Shown piece by piece: positions 1 through 9,268 of a DNA stretch of 64,000 bases; positions within the stretch are counted from its first letter, which is position 1; each line of letters begins with the position of its first letter. The notes under the pieces were generated by a model. It worked only from the letters and a program-made list of their open reading frames with translations. It had not been told where the DNA came from and ran no database searches. The DNA is taken from NCBI GenBank assembly GCA_031400935.1, contig JANNQV010000045.1, forward strand, positions 1-64,000. Reading direction: 5' to 3'. The position numbers and the translations under genes are program-made. The DNA comes from Armatimonadota bacterium. Its GTDB lineage: Bacteria; Armatimonadota; Fimbriimonadia; Fimbriimonadales; Fimbriimonadaceae.

Positions 1-28
1 TAACCGCCAACTGCCAACTGCCAACCGC
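1..28. repeat. Heptamer tandem repeat (CCAACTG/CCAACCG family)
   Basis: taaccgccaactgccaactgccaaccgc; the same family recurs at 1039-1109, 6375-6410, 24197-24292 and 26102-26130. Confidence 0.8.
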
Positions 29-189
29 TCACTTCCAACTTAAGGCACCAAAATACCAGCCAGTGGTCTTTCTAACTAGCAAACGTACCAGGTTTTTCGA
101 TTTCTGGCGTACTTTCGCTCAAAAATGACATAGAATAGTGCATCGGCTAGCTCTAGGGGGCTTCCCGGAATTTGTTTGGGAGGAAAATT

Positions 190-984
190 ATGAATAAAAT
201 ACTTATTTCTGCAATGTTAGTGGCCGGGCTAGCATGTATTGCATCTGCGACGCTTGTGTACGGTCACGATATGCGTAACAATCGGTTTGTGACCTTTGAC
301 CATGCGACTCCTGGAGCCCAAACGGTAATTGCTACCCAAACCACCGACTACTTTGGGTTGGACTTCAACGCTTCGGCAACTACACTTTACGGACTATCTT
401 CCGTGGGTTCGCTAGATACCATCAATTTGGGAACTGGTGCTGTCAGTTCATCCGTTGCAATAACTGGTGCCGGCACAACAGGGTTCACTGGCATTACGTT
501 TGGTACAAGCAACAACTTGTATCTTTCAACATTTACAGCAGCCGCTGGTTCAGTGCTTTATAGCTTAAACGCAACAACGGGAGCTGCGACCGTGATTGGC
601 CAAATGCATGCGACTGACATCATTATTGACATCTCGATGGATTCAACCGGACGAATGGTCGGACATGGCATTGCGACGGACACATTCTCTTTTGTGAATA
701 CTAGTACAGCCGCGCTTACACTCATTGGTCCTCATGGCCTGCTGGCAAATTTCGCACAGGGAATGGACTTCGATTGGACAACTAATACGCTGTATGCAGC
801 CGTTTATACGGGTGGGGGAACTCTCACGTACGGCAGTGTCAACTTGGGGACTGGAGCAGTAACATCCATTCCGGGCATTATAAGCGGTGAATATGAGCTC
901 GCAGTCCAGGCTGTACCGGAACCAGCAACCATGGTTGCCCTCGGACTTGGCGCAGTTGCTTTTATTCGACGACGACGCAAGTAA
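190..984 (+). CDS. PEP-CTERM sorting-domain surface protein (beta-rich, probable propeller repeats)
   Basis: Signal peptide MNKILISAMLVAGLACIASA after AGGA; Thr/Gly-rich repeats; C-terminal VPEPATMVALGLGAVAFIRRRRK. Confidence 0.9.
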   Translation: MNKILISAMLVAGLACIASATLVYGHDMRNNRFVTFDHATPGAQTVIATQTTDYFGLDFNASATTLYGLSSVGSLDTINLGTGAVSSSVAITGAGTTGFTGITFGTSNNLYLSTFTAAAGSVLYSLNATTGAATVIGQMHATDIIIDISMDSTGRMVGHGIATDTFSFVNTSTAALTLIGPHGLLANFAQGMDFDWTTNTLYAAVYTGGGTLTYGSVNLGTGAVTSIPGIISGEYELAVQAVPEPATMVALGLGAVAFIRRRRK

Positions 985-1005
985 TTGCAAGTCTGACTCT
1001 TCGAA

Positions 1006-1038
1006 AAGCTCCCCAGCATTTTGTTGGGGAGTTTTTTT
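1006..1038 (+). terminator. Rho-independent terminator
   Basis: CTCCCCAGCA-ttt-TGTTGGGGAG followed by T7. Confidence 0.8.
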
Positions 1039-1109
1039 GGTTATTGGTTATTGGTTGTCGGTTGTTGGTTTCCGCGAACCGCGAACTGCCAACTGCCAAC
1101 CGCCAACCG
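1039..1109. repeat. Inverted arrays of heptamer repeats (GGTTATT/GGTTGTC then CCAACTG)
   Basis: ggttattggttattggttgtcggttgttgg ... gcgaactgccaactgccaaccgccaacc. Confidence 0.8.
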
Positions 1110-1193
1110 AATCTTCCTCACAATTTCCTCAGTTTCAAAGTACACAATCATCCCCAAGCACGTCCAACGAGGCGTGTGATTGGAGGTTGAAAC

Positions 1194-2408
1194 TTGAAAA
1201 ATCGAAAATGGTTCGTACCCGCAGGATTTGCAATTCCGACGCTCATTTTGGGAGCATTCAGCGCGACAACTCAGCCGATAGTGGCGCAAGGAGGACCTCC
1301 TCCCCCAGGCGGCGGCCCGCTTCAAGGTCTGAATCAGCAAGAACTTGACCGCTTTAACGCGGGTCGAAACGAGTTCCTTCAAAACGAGACTCCTCCTTCA
1401 GGCTTAGGGCCGGTATTTAATGGGAATTCTTGCGCTCAATGCCATGCTGCGGGTGGGTTAGGCGGCGCGAGCTTAGGACTAGGTGTTTCGGTGGTGACAA
1501 GAATTGGTGCCATCGTTAACGGCCAATATTCTGATCTTGCACAATTCGGCGGACCGCTTTTGCAATCGCGATCCCTGCGAGAAGTAATCCCGAATTATCC
1601 CGTGCCTGGCGAAGTGATACCAGTACAGGCTCAGTTTGTTTCTAGAAGGATTACGACACCGGTTTTTGGAATGGGCTTGATTGAGGCGATACCTCCCGAA
1701 ACGATTTTGTCGCGGTCGAACATCAGTCAGGGCGGCGGAATCATGGGACACGCAAACATGATCGTGAACCCAGAAACGGGCCAAACTGAAGTGGGCAGAT
1801 TTGGCTGGAAAGCTCAAGTTCCCACTGCACATTTGTTTGTCGGGGACGCATATTTGAATGAAATGGGAATCACGAATCCCACTTTTCCAGTGGAAGTTCG
1901 CCCACAAGGGAACAACATTCCTCCGGGTGCCGACCCTGTTCCAGACCCCGAGGTTCAAAATCCACCGATTGATGCGCTCACCGATTTTATGAGGTTTTCC
2001 GCTCCCATTCAACCTTTGCCCAACACAGAACGATCACGTCTTGGCCGAAAAATCTTCGAGCGAATACAATGTTCATCTTGCCATGTTCCGACGATGATGA
2101 CGGGGAACACTCCTTCGCCAGCTTTGCGATTCCGAAACGTGAATCTCTATTCCGATCTGCTACTTCACGACATGGGGCCAGGCCTTGCCGATGGAATCCA
2201 GCAGGGACAAGCATCGGGAAGCCAGTTCCGTACGGCTCCACTTTGGGGACTTCGGACTCGCCCAATTCTGCTTCACGATGGAAGGGCAACATCGGTAGAT
2301 CGAGCGATCCGCGAACACGGCGGGGAAGCGGCTAGATCCAGAAATCTCTATCAAGCTTTGCCTAGAAACGATAAGTTGTCTTTACTAGAGTTTTTAGAGA
2401 GGTTGTAG
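1194..2408 (+). CDS. Di-haem oxidoreductase family protein (DHOR/DUF1111-like), exported
   Basis: Two CxxCH motifs (CAQCH, CSSCH), GLGPVFN, GRFGWKA, YSDLLLHDMG, LLHDGRA; GGAGG RBS before TTG. Confidence 0.85.
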   Translation: MKNRKWFVPAGFAIPTLILGAFSATTQPIVAQGGPPPPGGGPLQGLNQQELDRFNAGRNEFLQNETPPSGLGPVFNGNSCAQCHAAGGLGGASLGLGVSVVTRIGAIVNGQYSDLAQFGGPLLQSRSLREVIPNYPVPGEVIPVQAQFVSRRITTPVFGMGLIEAIPPETILSRSNISQGGGIMGHANMIVNPETGQTEVGRFGWKAQVPTAHLFVGDAYLNEMGITNPTFPVEVRPQGNNIPPGADPVPDPEVQNPPIDALTDFMRFSAPIQPLPNTERSRLGRKIFERIQCSSCHVPTMMTGNTPSPALRFRNVNLYSDLLLHDMGPGLADGIQQGQASGSQFRTAPLWGLRTRPILLHDGRATSVDRAIREHGGEAARSRNLYQALPRNDKLSLLEFLERL

Positions 2409-2430
2409 GGGTGGAGGGCGGAAGCTGATT

Positions 2431-2578
2431 TTGGAGCGCGGAGCCTAATTATGGAGCGCGGAGCTCCTTCTGTGATTCTAAAAATGTTGGGGTAATTGCG
2501 GCTCCGCGCTCCATAAGACGATGCGGAGCTCATTCTGTGAATCTTGTAATGTTGGGGCAATTGTGGCTCCGCGCTCCA
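2431..2578. repeat. REP-like inverted repeats GGAGCGCGGAGC/GCTCCGCGCTCC with ~56-nt tandem duplication
   Basis: Motif occurs in both orientations; units 2458-2513 and 2523-2578 are near duplicates; same motif at 9171-9259. Confidence 0.8.
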
Positions 2579-2585
2579 CCATTCC

Positions 2586-4052
2586 TCAAATGGTCCCCCG
2601 AAGCCCCCATTGAAATGCCTCGGTGAGCTTTACATTTACTAAATCTCCTGGCGAAATGGATGGATCACCGCGAAAATGAACCATTTTCCATTCTCTTGAA
2701 TACCCTTGAAGTACATCCGGATTCTTCTTTGAAGGGCCTTCTACAAGTACTTCAACCGTTTTCCCGATCCAATCCAGATTTTTTTCAATTGTAATTTGGT
2801 TTTGCAAATCCATTAAGGTTTGCAGCCGCTCATGCTTCAGTTTGTAAGGAAGCTGTTCCATTTCTGCCGCTGGAGTTCCTGGCCGTGGGGAGTAGATGAA
2901 CATGTATGCCCCATCAAATCGAACGTTCTTGACGACGTTTAGAGTGTTCTCAAACTGCGCTTCTGTTTCTCCAGGAAAGCCAACGATGATGTCCGTCGTG
3001 ATTCCCATATTGGGAACGGCGGCACGAAGATCATCAACGATTTGCAGGAATTCGTCAACCGAATACTGGCGCTTCATGGCCTGTAGAAGGTCTGCATCAC
3101 CAGATTGGAGGGGAAGATGGACGTGCTCCATCACTTTCGGATTATCGCGGATGCATTCAATCAAATCTGCTTTGAAATCCCGCGGATAGGGCGACATGTA
3201 ACGGAGCCTTTCAAGTCCTGGAATGCCTTCGAGAAGCCATAGAAGCTTGCCAAATGGAACACGACCTTCGGCTAAGTTCTTTCCGTAGGAATTGACCGTT
3301 TGCCCCAATAGGGTGACTTCTTTCACCCCCAATTCGGCTAGCCTTCGCACCTCAACTACGACTTCTTCTGTCGGCCTGCTTCGTTCTCGACCCCTTGTTG
3401 TTGGAACGATGCAAAAAGTGCAGAACTTATCGCAGCCGTACTGGATTGGCACGAAGGCTTTGATCTTGAGCGGGCGTTGGCTCACAACGGTTGTCGGTTG
3501 TCTGTTGTCGGTTAACAGTTGCAAAATCTGAGATTCACCTATCTCACCCAATGCATTCCTTTCAGGCTCTGGCAGAAGCCTTTTGGGAACGTCTGTAACA
3601 ACTGCGCCTTTCCTTTCGGGCAATTCAAGACGTGAGCGAAACTTTCGAGTCTGAAGCGTCTCTTCAACAAGGCCGGCGATTGAAATGATCTGGCCCGTGC
3701 CAACGACAAAATCAACATGTTTGGCAGTTCTTCGTATATCGTCCGCTCGAATCTGTGCCATGCATCCGCAAACGCCTATTACGATCTCTGGCCGCTTCCT
3801 CTTGAGCAATGCCAATTCGCCAAGGAACGAAAAAGCTTTGTCCTCTGGCTTTTTCCGCACTGAACAAGTGTTCAGCAATATTATCGTCGCGCTCAGGTGG
3901 GTGTCAACTTTGGAAAAGCCAATAGATTCTAAACTCAGGCCGATCTGATCTGAATCTTCTTCGTTCATTTGGCAACCCCAAGTCTGGACAAAGTACGTCC
4001 CTCGTAGTGCCTTAGGCGGGGCAGCTTGCAACGATAGTACGGCAGTTGACAT
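2586..4052 (-). CDS. miaB: tRNA-2-methylthio-N6-dimethylallyladenosine synthase MiaB
   Basis: TWGCQMN, LNTCSVR, GCMAQ, radical SAM CDKFCTFC, DIIVGFPGET, YSPRPGTPAA, C-terminal TRAM domain. Confidence 0.95.
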   Translation of the reverse strand: MSTAVLSLQAAPPKALRGTYFVQTWGCQMNEEDSDQIGLSLESIGFSKVDTHLSATIILLNTCSVRKKPEDKAFSFLGELALLKRKRPEIVIGVCGCMAQIRADDIRRTAKHVDFVVGTGQIISIAGLVEETLQTRKFRSRLELPERKGAVVTDVPKRLLPEPERNALGEIGESQILQLLTDNRQPTTVVSQRPLKIKAFVPIQYGCDKFCTFCIVPTTRGRERSRPTEEVVVEVRRLAELGVKEVTLLGQTVNSYGKNLAEGRVPFGKLLWLLEGIPGLERLRYMSPYPRDFKADLIECIRDNPKVMEHVHLPLQSGDADLLQAMKRQYSVDEFLQIVDDLRAAVPNMGITTDIIVGFPGETEAQFENTLNVVKNVRFDGAYMFIYSPRPGTPAAEMEQLPYKLKHERLQTLMDLQNQITIEKNLDWIGKTVEVLVEGPSKKNPDVLQGYSREWKMVHFRGDPSISPGDLVNVKLTEAFQWGLRGTI

Positions 4053-4143
4053 GGGGAACTGCTGACAAGGATACCTTGTTTAGGTTGAATTGAGGCTCAT
4101 TTTCCCTTTTCGGGATGCTTGAAGCTGGTACCATGAGGGCTTA

Positions 4144-5277
4144 GTGAATAACCGAATTTTGCAATTATTGATCGTACTTTTTTCCTGCCTAGGATTATTT
4201 GCATCTGGAGTTTTGAGCGCTGCTCACCAGATGGGTATCACACCACCGTGCGGCATGGCTGGCGGCGGATGTCAAAAGGTACAAAATGATCCAAGTTCAT
4301 CTTGGTTTGGGATTCCTGTGGCTCATTTTGGCGTCATCGCTTACATTTTGTTGCTGACCCTGACTTTGGCGTCCATGTTTGTTCCAAATGTTCCAAAACG
4401 AACTGCGCTTCGCCTTGGTTTTCTTGTTTCTGGGCTCGGTGCCATTATCAGTTTGGGGCTTCAAATATATGCGTTTTCTGTTATCAAAGCGCAGTGCGAA
4501 TGGTGTCTTGCTTCCGCCGCTTCGATGTGCGTTGTATTCGTTCTCCATGCGCTATTGATGCAGCGATTCAGTTCTCTTGAAGAGGACATCCGGCCTAGGA
4601 AAAAGTTGGATATCGGTCTGATTGCTGTTTTGCTTTTAGGGACGGTACTGGCTATCGGCCCAGTATCCAGCTTGGGTGTTACCGGAGGACAGGAAGTTTC
4701 TCCTGAAAAATTTGGACAAGGCGATCCATTGGAAATTCTTCTCAAAGGGGCGTATGTCCAAGGCCCTGATGATGCGAAAGTCACCATCGTTGAATTTGCC
4801 GATTTGCTGTGCGCGGCTTGCAAAAATTCGTACCATCATATTACGAAACTTCAAGCGCAATATCCAGGGAAAATCCGCTGGGTGTTTCGAATTTTCCCAC
4901 TTTATCAGGCACAAGGAAAGGAGCTTTCTTTGCCTTCATCGGTAATCGCAGAATTTGCAGGTAAGAAGGGCAAATTCTGGGAATTCATCGGACAAATGTA
5001 CGAAACGGATCACGAAGCCCTAAAGTCCATTGAGGACATCTACAAAATTGCAGGCAACGTGAATTTGAATAGGTCCGAACTAATGACGGTGATTCAAACC
5101 GAAGATTCAGATGAAATTAAGAAAGTCACAGAAAACATCAATCTAGCTGGAAAACTTGGAATTGAAGAGACCCCGACTTTCATCCTTTTTCTGCCTGGCA
5201 AAAAACCGACGGCAATGAGGCAGGCGGATTTGATGGCAAAGTTTGAGGAAGCTTCCGTCAAGGAATTGCTGAAGTAA
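4144..5277 (+). CDS. VKOR-family membrane protein fused to DsbA/thioredoxin domain
   Basis: Loop Cys pair CGMAGGGC, FGIPVA, TM CEWC, then IVEFADLLCAAC and GIEETPTF. Confidence 0.85.
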   Translation: MNNRILQLLIVLFSCLGLFASGVLSAAHQMGITPPCGMAGGGCQKVQNDPSSSWFGIPVAHFGVIAYILLLTLTLASMFVPNVPKRTALRLGFLVSGLGAIISLGLQIYAFSVIKAQCEWCLASAASMCVVFVLHALLMQRFSSLEEDIRPRKKLDIGLIAVLLLGTVLAIGPVSSLGVTGGQEVSPEKFGQGDPLEILLKGAYVQGPDDAKVTIVEFADLLCAACKNSYHHITKLQAQYPGKIRWVFRIFPLYQAQGKELSLPSSVIAEFAGKKGKFWEFIGQMYETDHEALKSIEDIYKIAGNVNLNRSELMTVIQTEDSDEIKKVTENINLAGKLGIEETPTFILFLPGKKPTAMRQADLMAKFEEASVKELLK

Positions 5278-5279
5278 AA

Positions 5280-6359
5280 ATGCGTCGCCGTGAATCCGTG
5301 CTTGTAGCTATGTCTGGAGGAGTTGACAGTAGCGTTGCGGCTGCGTTAATGGTGAAACGCGGTCACAACGTTATTGGCGTGACTCTCCAGATTTGGCAGG
5401 AATCACAAACCGATCCCCGTCATGCCGGGTGCTGTTCTTTGGGCGCAGTTGAGGACGCCCGTCGAGTTGCTCGCCTTCTGGGAATTCCACACTATGTCGT
5501 TAACTTCAAAGACGAATTTCGTGAAACTGTTATTCAGAACTTCATTGATGAATACTCGGCTGGGCGAACTCCAAATCCATGTGTCCAATGCAACCGGAAA
5601 GTTAAGTTCGATGAACTCCTTCACAAAATGCGCGAATTTGGGTGCGAACGGTTAGTGACTGGACACTATGCTCGAATTCGAAAGCGAGAAGATAAGTTTC
5701 ATCTGCTTAAAGCTCTGGGAACGGAAAAGGACCAGAGTTATGTGCTTTATATGATGCGGCAAGACCAGCTTGCCGTGACGAGTTTTCCGCTAGGCGAACT
5801 GCGTGACAAATCAGCGACAAGAACACTTGCTCGTGAGCTAGGCTTGCCAATTGCCGACAAGCCAGATTCGCAAGAGATTTGTTTTGTTAGCGAAGCTGGC
5901 GGCTATCGTGAATTTTTGCGAAAAGTTAAGCCTGATGCGTTTTCGGATGGCGAGATTGTTGATGAGTCTGGAAAAGTGCTAACGGGTCACAAGGGCATTG
6001 CAGATTTTACAGTTGGGCAACGCAAGGGAATTGGGCTTACGATTCCTTCCGGAAAGCCACTTTTTGTTTTGAAGATTGAGCCTTCTAAGAACCAAGTTGT
6101 GGTTGGCCTTGAAGATGCCTTGCTCACTTCTGAAGTATTGCTTGAAGACATGCTGTGGGGCAAAATCCAGCCCGATCAAACCCCGATTGATGTGATGGCA
6201 AAGATTCGTTACAACATGGACGCAAAGCCTGCTCGGCTTTTTGGAGGGGCATCGCCACGGTTAGAATTCAAAAAGCCTGTACGTGCCGTAACTCCAGGGC
6301 AAATAGCCGTAGCTTACGTTGGGAAGACCGTGGCGGCAGGCGGGACGATACGGTTGTGA
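5280..6359 (+). CDS. mnmA: tRNA 2-thiouridylase MnmA
   Basis: AMSGGVDSS, GRTPNPCVQCN, TGHYAR, KDQSY, DSQEICF, TPGQ. Confidence 0.95.
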   Translation: MRRRESVLVAMSGGVDSSVAAALMVKRGHNVIGVTLQIWQESQTDPRHAGCCSLGAVEDARRVARLLGIPHYVVNFKDEFRETVIQNFIDEYSAGRTPNPCVQCNRKVKFDELLHKMREFGCERLVTGHYARIRKREDKFHLLKALGTEKDQSYVLYMMRQDQLAVTSFPLGELRDKSATRTLARELGLPIADKPDSQEICFVSEAGGYREFLRKVKPDAFSDGEIVDESGKVLTGHKGIADFTVGQRKGIGLTIPSGKPLFVLKIEPSKNQVVVGLEDALLTSEVLLEDMLWGKIQPDQTPIDVMAKIRYNMDAKPARLFGGASPRLEFKKPVRAVTPGQIAVAYVGKTVAAGGTIRL

Positions 6360-6410
6360 TTCTTGGTGCCATTCAACAACCAACAACTAGTAACCAATAA
6401 CCAAAAACCA

Positions 6411-6431
6411 ACTTGGGCGAGACGCCCAAGT
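6411..6431. repeat. Palindrome between convergent genes (REP-like, possibly terminator)
   Basis: ACTTGGGCG-AGA-CGCCCAAGT, preceded by CAACAAC/CAATAAC heptamers. Confidence 0.6.
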
Positions 6432-6435
6432 CACA

Positions 6436-7524
6436 CTAGTTCGCCATAGGACTTGGCGTAATCGAGAAGCCTTGCGATGAAAGCTCTTGGCCGATGTGGC
6501 GAAGCTTCTTCATAGCTCGAAGTTCGATCTGGCGAACCCTTTCACGTGTAACGTTGAGTTCGCTTCCGACTTCTTCGAGAGTTCTTGAACGTCCGTCATC
6601 GAGACCGAAACGAAGTCGAACGACATCTCGTTCTCGAGATGTGAGCCGTCCCAAGATTCCGTCAATTTCTTCCCGTCGGATTAGCGTCCAAGTTACATCC
6701 GTCGGATTTGGCATGTTCGTAGATTGAACGAAGTCGCCAATCGAACTGTTGTCCTTTTCGCCAACCGGAGTTTCGAGCGAAATCGGCTCGACGGCGACTC
6801 TCATCATCTCACGAACACGATCAATTGAAAGGCCAACTTCGCGGCTAATTTCGTCTTCAGTCGGTTCGCGCTGCAATTCTTGTTGCAGACGAGAAGCTGT
6901 TTTCACGACCTTGTTTATGAGTTCTGCCACGTAAACCGGAATTCGGATGGTTCGGCCTTGGTTGATGATGGCGCGAGCAATCGCACGGCGAATCCACCAT
7001 GTCGCATACGTCGAGAATCGGAACCCCTTACGCCAGTCGAATTTTTCCACGGCGCGAATTAGACCCAGGTTGCCTTCCTGAATTAAGTCAGCAAGCGGTA
7101 TTCCACGAGCGTTGTATTTCTTAGCAATAGAAACGACCAATCGTAGGTTCGATTCGATCAAAACTTTCTTGGCGTACATGTCGCCAGCCTGAACTCTTCG
7201 AGCCAGGTCAACTTCCTGCTCAGGAGTTAGTAGCTGTGCGCGGCGAGTTTGCCGCATCCACATTTCTAATTCTTCAGAATCGTCGTGCTGAGGCGTGCCT
7301 TCTACTTCGGCTTCTTCTTCCTCGGCATCGAGTTCCAACAAATCGTCTTCAGCAGGTTCGGCAGAAGGATCGTCCATGAAACCCCGAGCACCGGCTTCGG
7401 CGAAATGGTGCCGACCAGGTGATCGGACGGTAATTGCTCGTCCTCGTCTCGGTGTTGTCGTTATTCCAGTTTCAGGGGGCATTTTTGTAATTCGATCCTC
7501 CACATTCATATACGAATTTGGCAT
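6436..7524 (-). CDS. Sigma-70 family RNA polymerase sigma factor (RpoD-like, group 1/2)
   Basis: [48 protein letters not shown]. Confidence 0.92.
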   Translation of the reverse strand: MPNSYMNVEDRITKMPPETGITTTPRRGRAITVRSPGRHHFAEAGARGFMDDPSAEPAEDDLLELDAEEEEAEVEGTPQHDDSEELEMWMRQTRRAQLLTPEQEVDLARRVQAGDMYAKKVLIESNLRLVVSIAKKYNARGIPLADLIQEGNLGLIRAVEKFDWRKGFRFSTYATWWIRRAIARAIINQGRTIRIPVYVAELINKVVKTASRLQQELQREPTEDEISREVGLSIDRVREMMRVAVEPISLETPVGEKDNSSIGDFVQSTNMPNPTDVTWTLIRREEIDGILGRLTSRERDVVRLRFGLDDGRSRTLEEVGSELNVTRERVRQIELRAMKKLRHIGQELSSQGFSITPSPMAN

Positions 7525-7635
7525 TCAATTCTTGTCGGCTTCTAAAAATCTTGCAAAGCTTTCTTCTTTCAAACTAAAGTTCTGTTAGTCCTTTAGTTTC
7601 TACGCTAAATTCAACAAATTCGTTCGTCGCACAAC

Positions 7636-7664
7636 AAAATAACACACTTCAAGAAAAATGTCAA
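7636..7664 (-). promoter_or_regulatory. Sigma70-type promoter for the sigma factor gene
   Basis: Minus strand TTGACA-N17-TATTTT with TG at the extended -10 position. Confidence 0.5.
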
Positions 7665-7865
7665 GCATTTTTATTGGAAAGCCTACGAAAATTTTGGAGT
7701 GAAGACCTACTTCGGTTCAGCATTTTTTATGCCAAATTCCTATTGTAAGACGGTCAAATTGACCAAAAACGTTTCTATTATAACTCAAGAGAGATTATTT
7801 GAAGGACAAAAGGTACATTTCCAAGCAGTAATTCGGGGGTTCCGGATGAATTTCGACGCAAAGGA

Positions 7866-8252
7866 TTATTCCTCAACAATTGCATGGGCCTCGAATTCAA
7901 CTAGCCATTCGGGGTTCACGAATCCCTTTACAACTAAAAAAGTGGAAGCGGGCTTGGCAAGACGAAAGTATTCGCCGTGAACTTTGCCTACGGCTTCCCA
8001 GTCTTCAGCGCGTGTTAGGTAGGTCCTAGTTCTCACAACGTCATTTGCAGTTCCGCCAAGTTTTTTGATCGCCTTTACGATTATTTCTAAGCATTGCCTT
8101 GCCTGTGCTTCGGCATCGCCAACCCCAACAGTATTGCCCTCAGCATCCATTGGAGCGGTACCAGATACGAAAATTTGATTATCGAATCGAATTGCCCGGC
8201 TGAAACCGATTATCGGCTCATAAGGACTGCCCGATGACACCCTTGTTCTCAT
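7866..8252 (-). CDS. RidA/YjgF/YER057c family protein
   Basis: GFSRAIR, VSGT, DVVRTRTYL, PAST, LVEFEA; ATG 2 nt after the sucD stop. Confidence 0.85.
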   Translation of the reverse strand: MRTRVSSGSPYEPIIGFSRAIRFDNQIFVSGTAPMDAEGNTVGVGDAEAQARQCLEIIVKAIKKLGGTANDVVRTRTYLTRAEDWEAVGKVHGEYFRLAKPASTFLVVKGFVNPEWLVEFEAHAIVEE

Positions 8253-8253
8253 A

Positions 8254-9141
8254 TCAAACTCCAACTCCAACACGACTCAAAGCTGCACAAGTAAGTTCTG
8301 GAATTTGATGAGTTTTGTCGGCAACAGCTGCCCCAGCCGCCAGGAGTGCATCAACTTTCGACTGCGCTGTCCCTTTGCCTCCGCTCACAATCGCACCAGC
8401 ATGTCCCATTCGCTTTCCCGGCGGAGCGGTTCGGCCGGAAATAAATGCCACGACAGGTTTCGACATCTTCTTTATGTATTCGGCGGCGGCTTCTTCATCC
8501 GAGCCGCCAATTTCGCCAATCATGACGACCGCTTTGGTCGCGAGATCAGCTTCAAACATCCTGAGAACGTCTATAAATCGAGTTCCAGGAACTGGATCGC
8601 CGCCGATGCCGACGCAGGTCGTTTGTCCGAGGCCGGCACGAGTGAGCTCCCAAACAACTTCGTAAGTTAGAGTGCCTGAACGGGAGACCATTCCAACCGG
8701 ACCTTCAGCAAAAATGTGGCCGGGCATAATTCCCATTTTGCATTGGCCGGGAGTGATGATTCCAGCGCAGTTGCCGCCCAAAAGACGTGTTGTGCCGTTT
8801 GCATTGAGCCTATTTGTGACTCGAATCATGTCACTCGTTGGAATGCCTTCTGTGATTAAAATGACGAATGGAACTCCGGCTTCCTCGGCTTCGAGGACTG
8901 AGTCAGCCGCAAAGGGTGCCGGAACAAATATTAGAGTAGCATTAGCGCCAGTCGCTTTGACTCCTTCAGCGACTGAATTGAAGATTGGGCGATCTAAATG
9001 GGTAGTCCCACCTTTGCCAGGGGTGACTCCTCCGACAATATTGGTCCCGTATTCGATCATTTGTTCGGTGTGGAAAGTGCCTTCTCGGCCCGTCATGCCG
9101 CAAACGAGGACTTTTGTATTTCGATCAACGAGGACTGCCAT
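8254..9141 (-). CDS. sucD: Succinyl-CoA ligase alpha subunit
   Basis: [31 protein letters not shown] (phospho-His). Confidence 0.95.
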   Translation of the reverse strand: MAVLVDRNTKVLVCGMTGREGTFHTEQMIEYGTNIVGGVTPGKGGTTHLDRPIFNSVAEGVKATGANATLIFVPAPFAADSVLEAEEAGVPFVILITEGIPTSDMIRVTNRLNANGTTRLLGGNCAGIITPGQCKMGIMPGHIFAEGPVGMVSRSGTLTYEVVWELTRAGLGQTTCVGIGGDPVPGTRFIDVLRMFEADLATKAVVMIGEIGGSDEEAAAEYIKKMSKPVVAFISGRTAPPGKRMGHAGAIVSGGKGTAQSKVDALLAAGAAVADKTHQIPELTCAALSRVGVGV

Positions 9142-9170
9142 TTAGAAAGGAATGGTACCTGGAGTGCCTA

Positions 9171-9259
9171 TTGGAGCGCGGAGCTTGGAAAAGAATGTAG
9201 CGCGGAGCTTAGGCTCAAATGGTCAATCGTTTTGACGTCAGAGTAGCTCCGCGCTCCAA
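9171..9259. repeat. REP-like element with 14-bp terminal inverted repeat
   Basis: TTGGAGCGCGGAGC ... GCTCCGCGCTCCAA. Confidence 0.75.
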
Positions 9260-9268
9260 TCGCACTTC

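Noticed and set aside
2431..2578. Possible mini CRISPR array
   Set aside because: The repeats are short and inverted, the spacers are similar to each other, and there are no cas genes.
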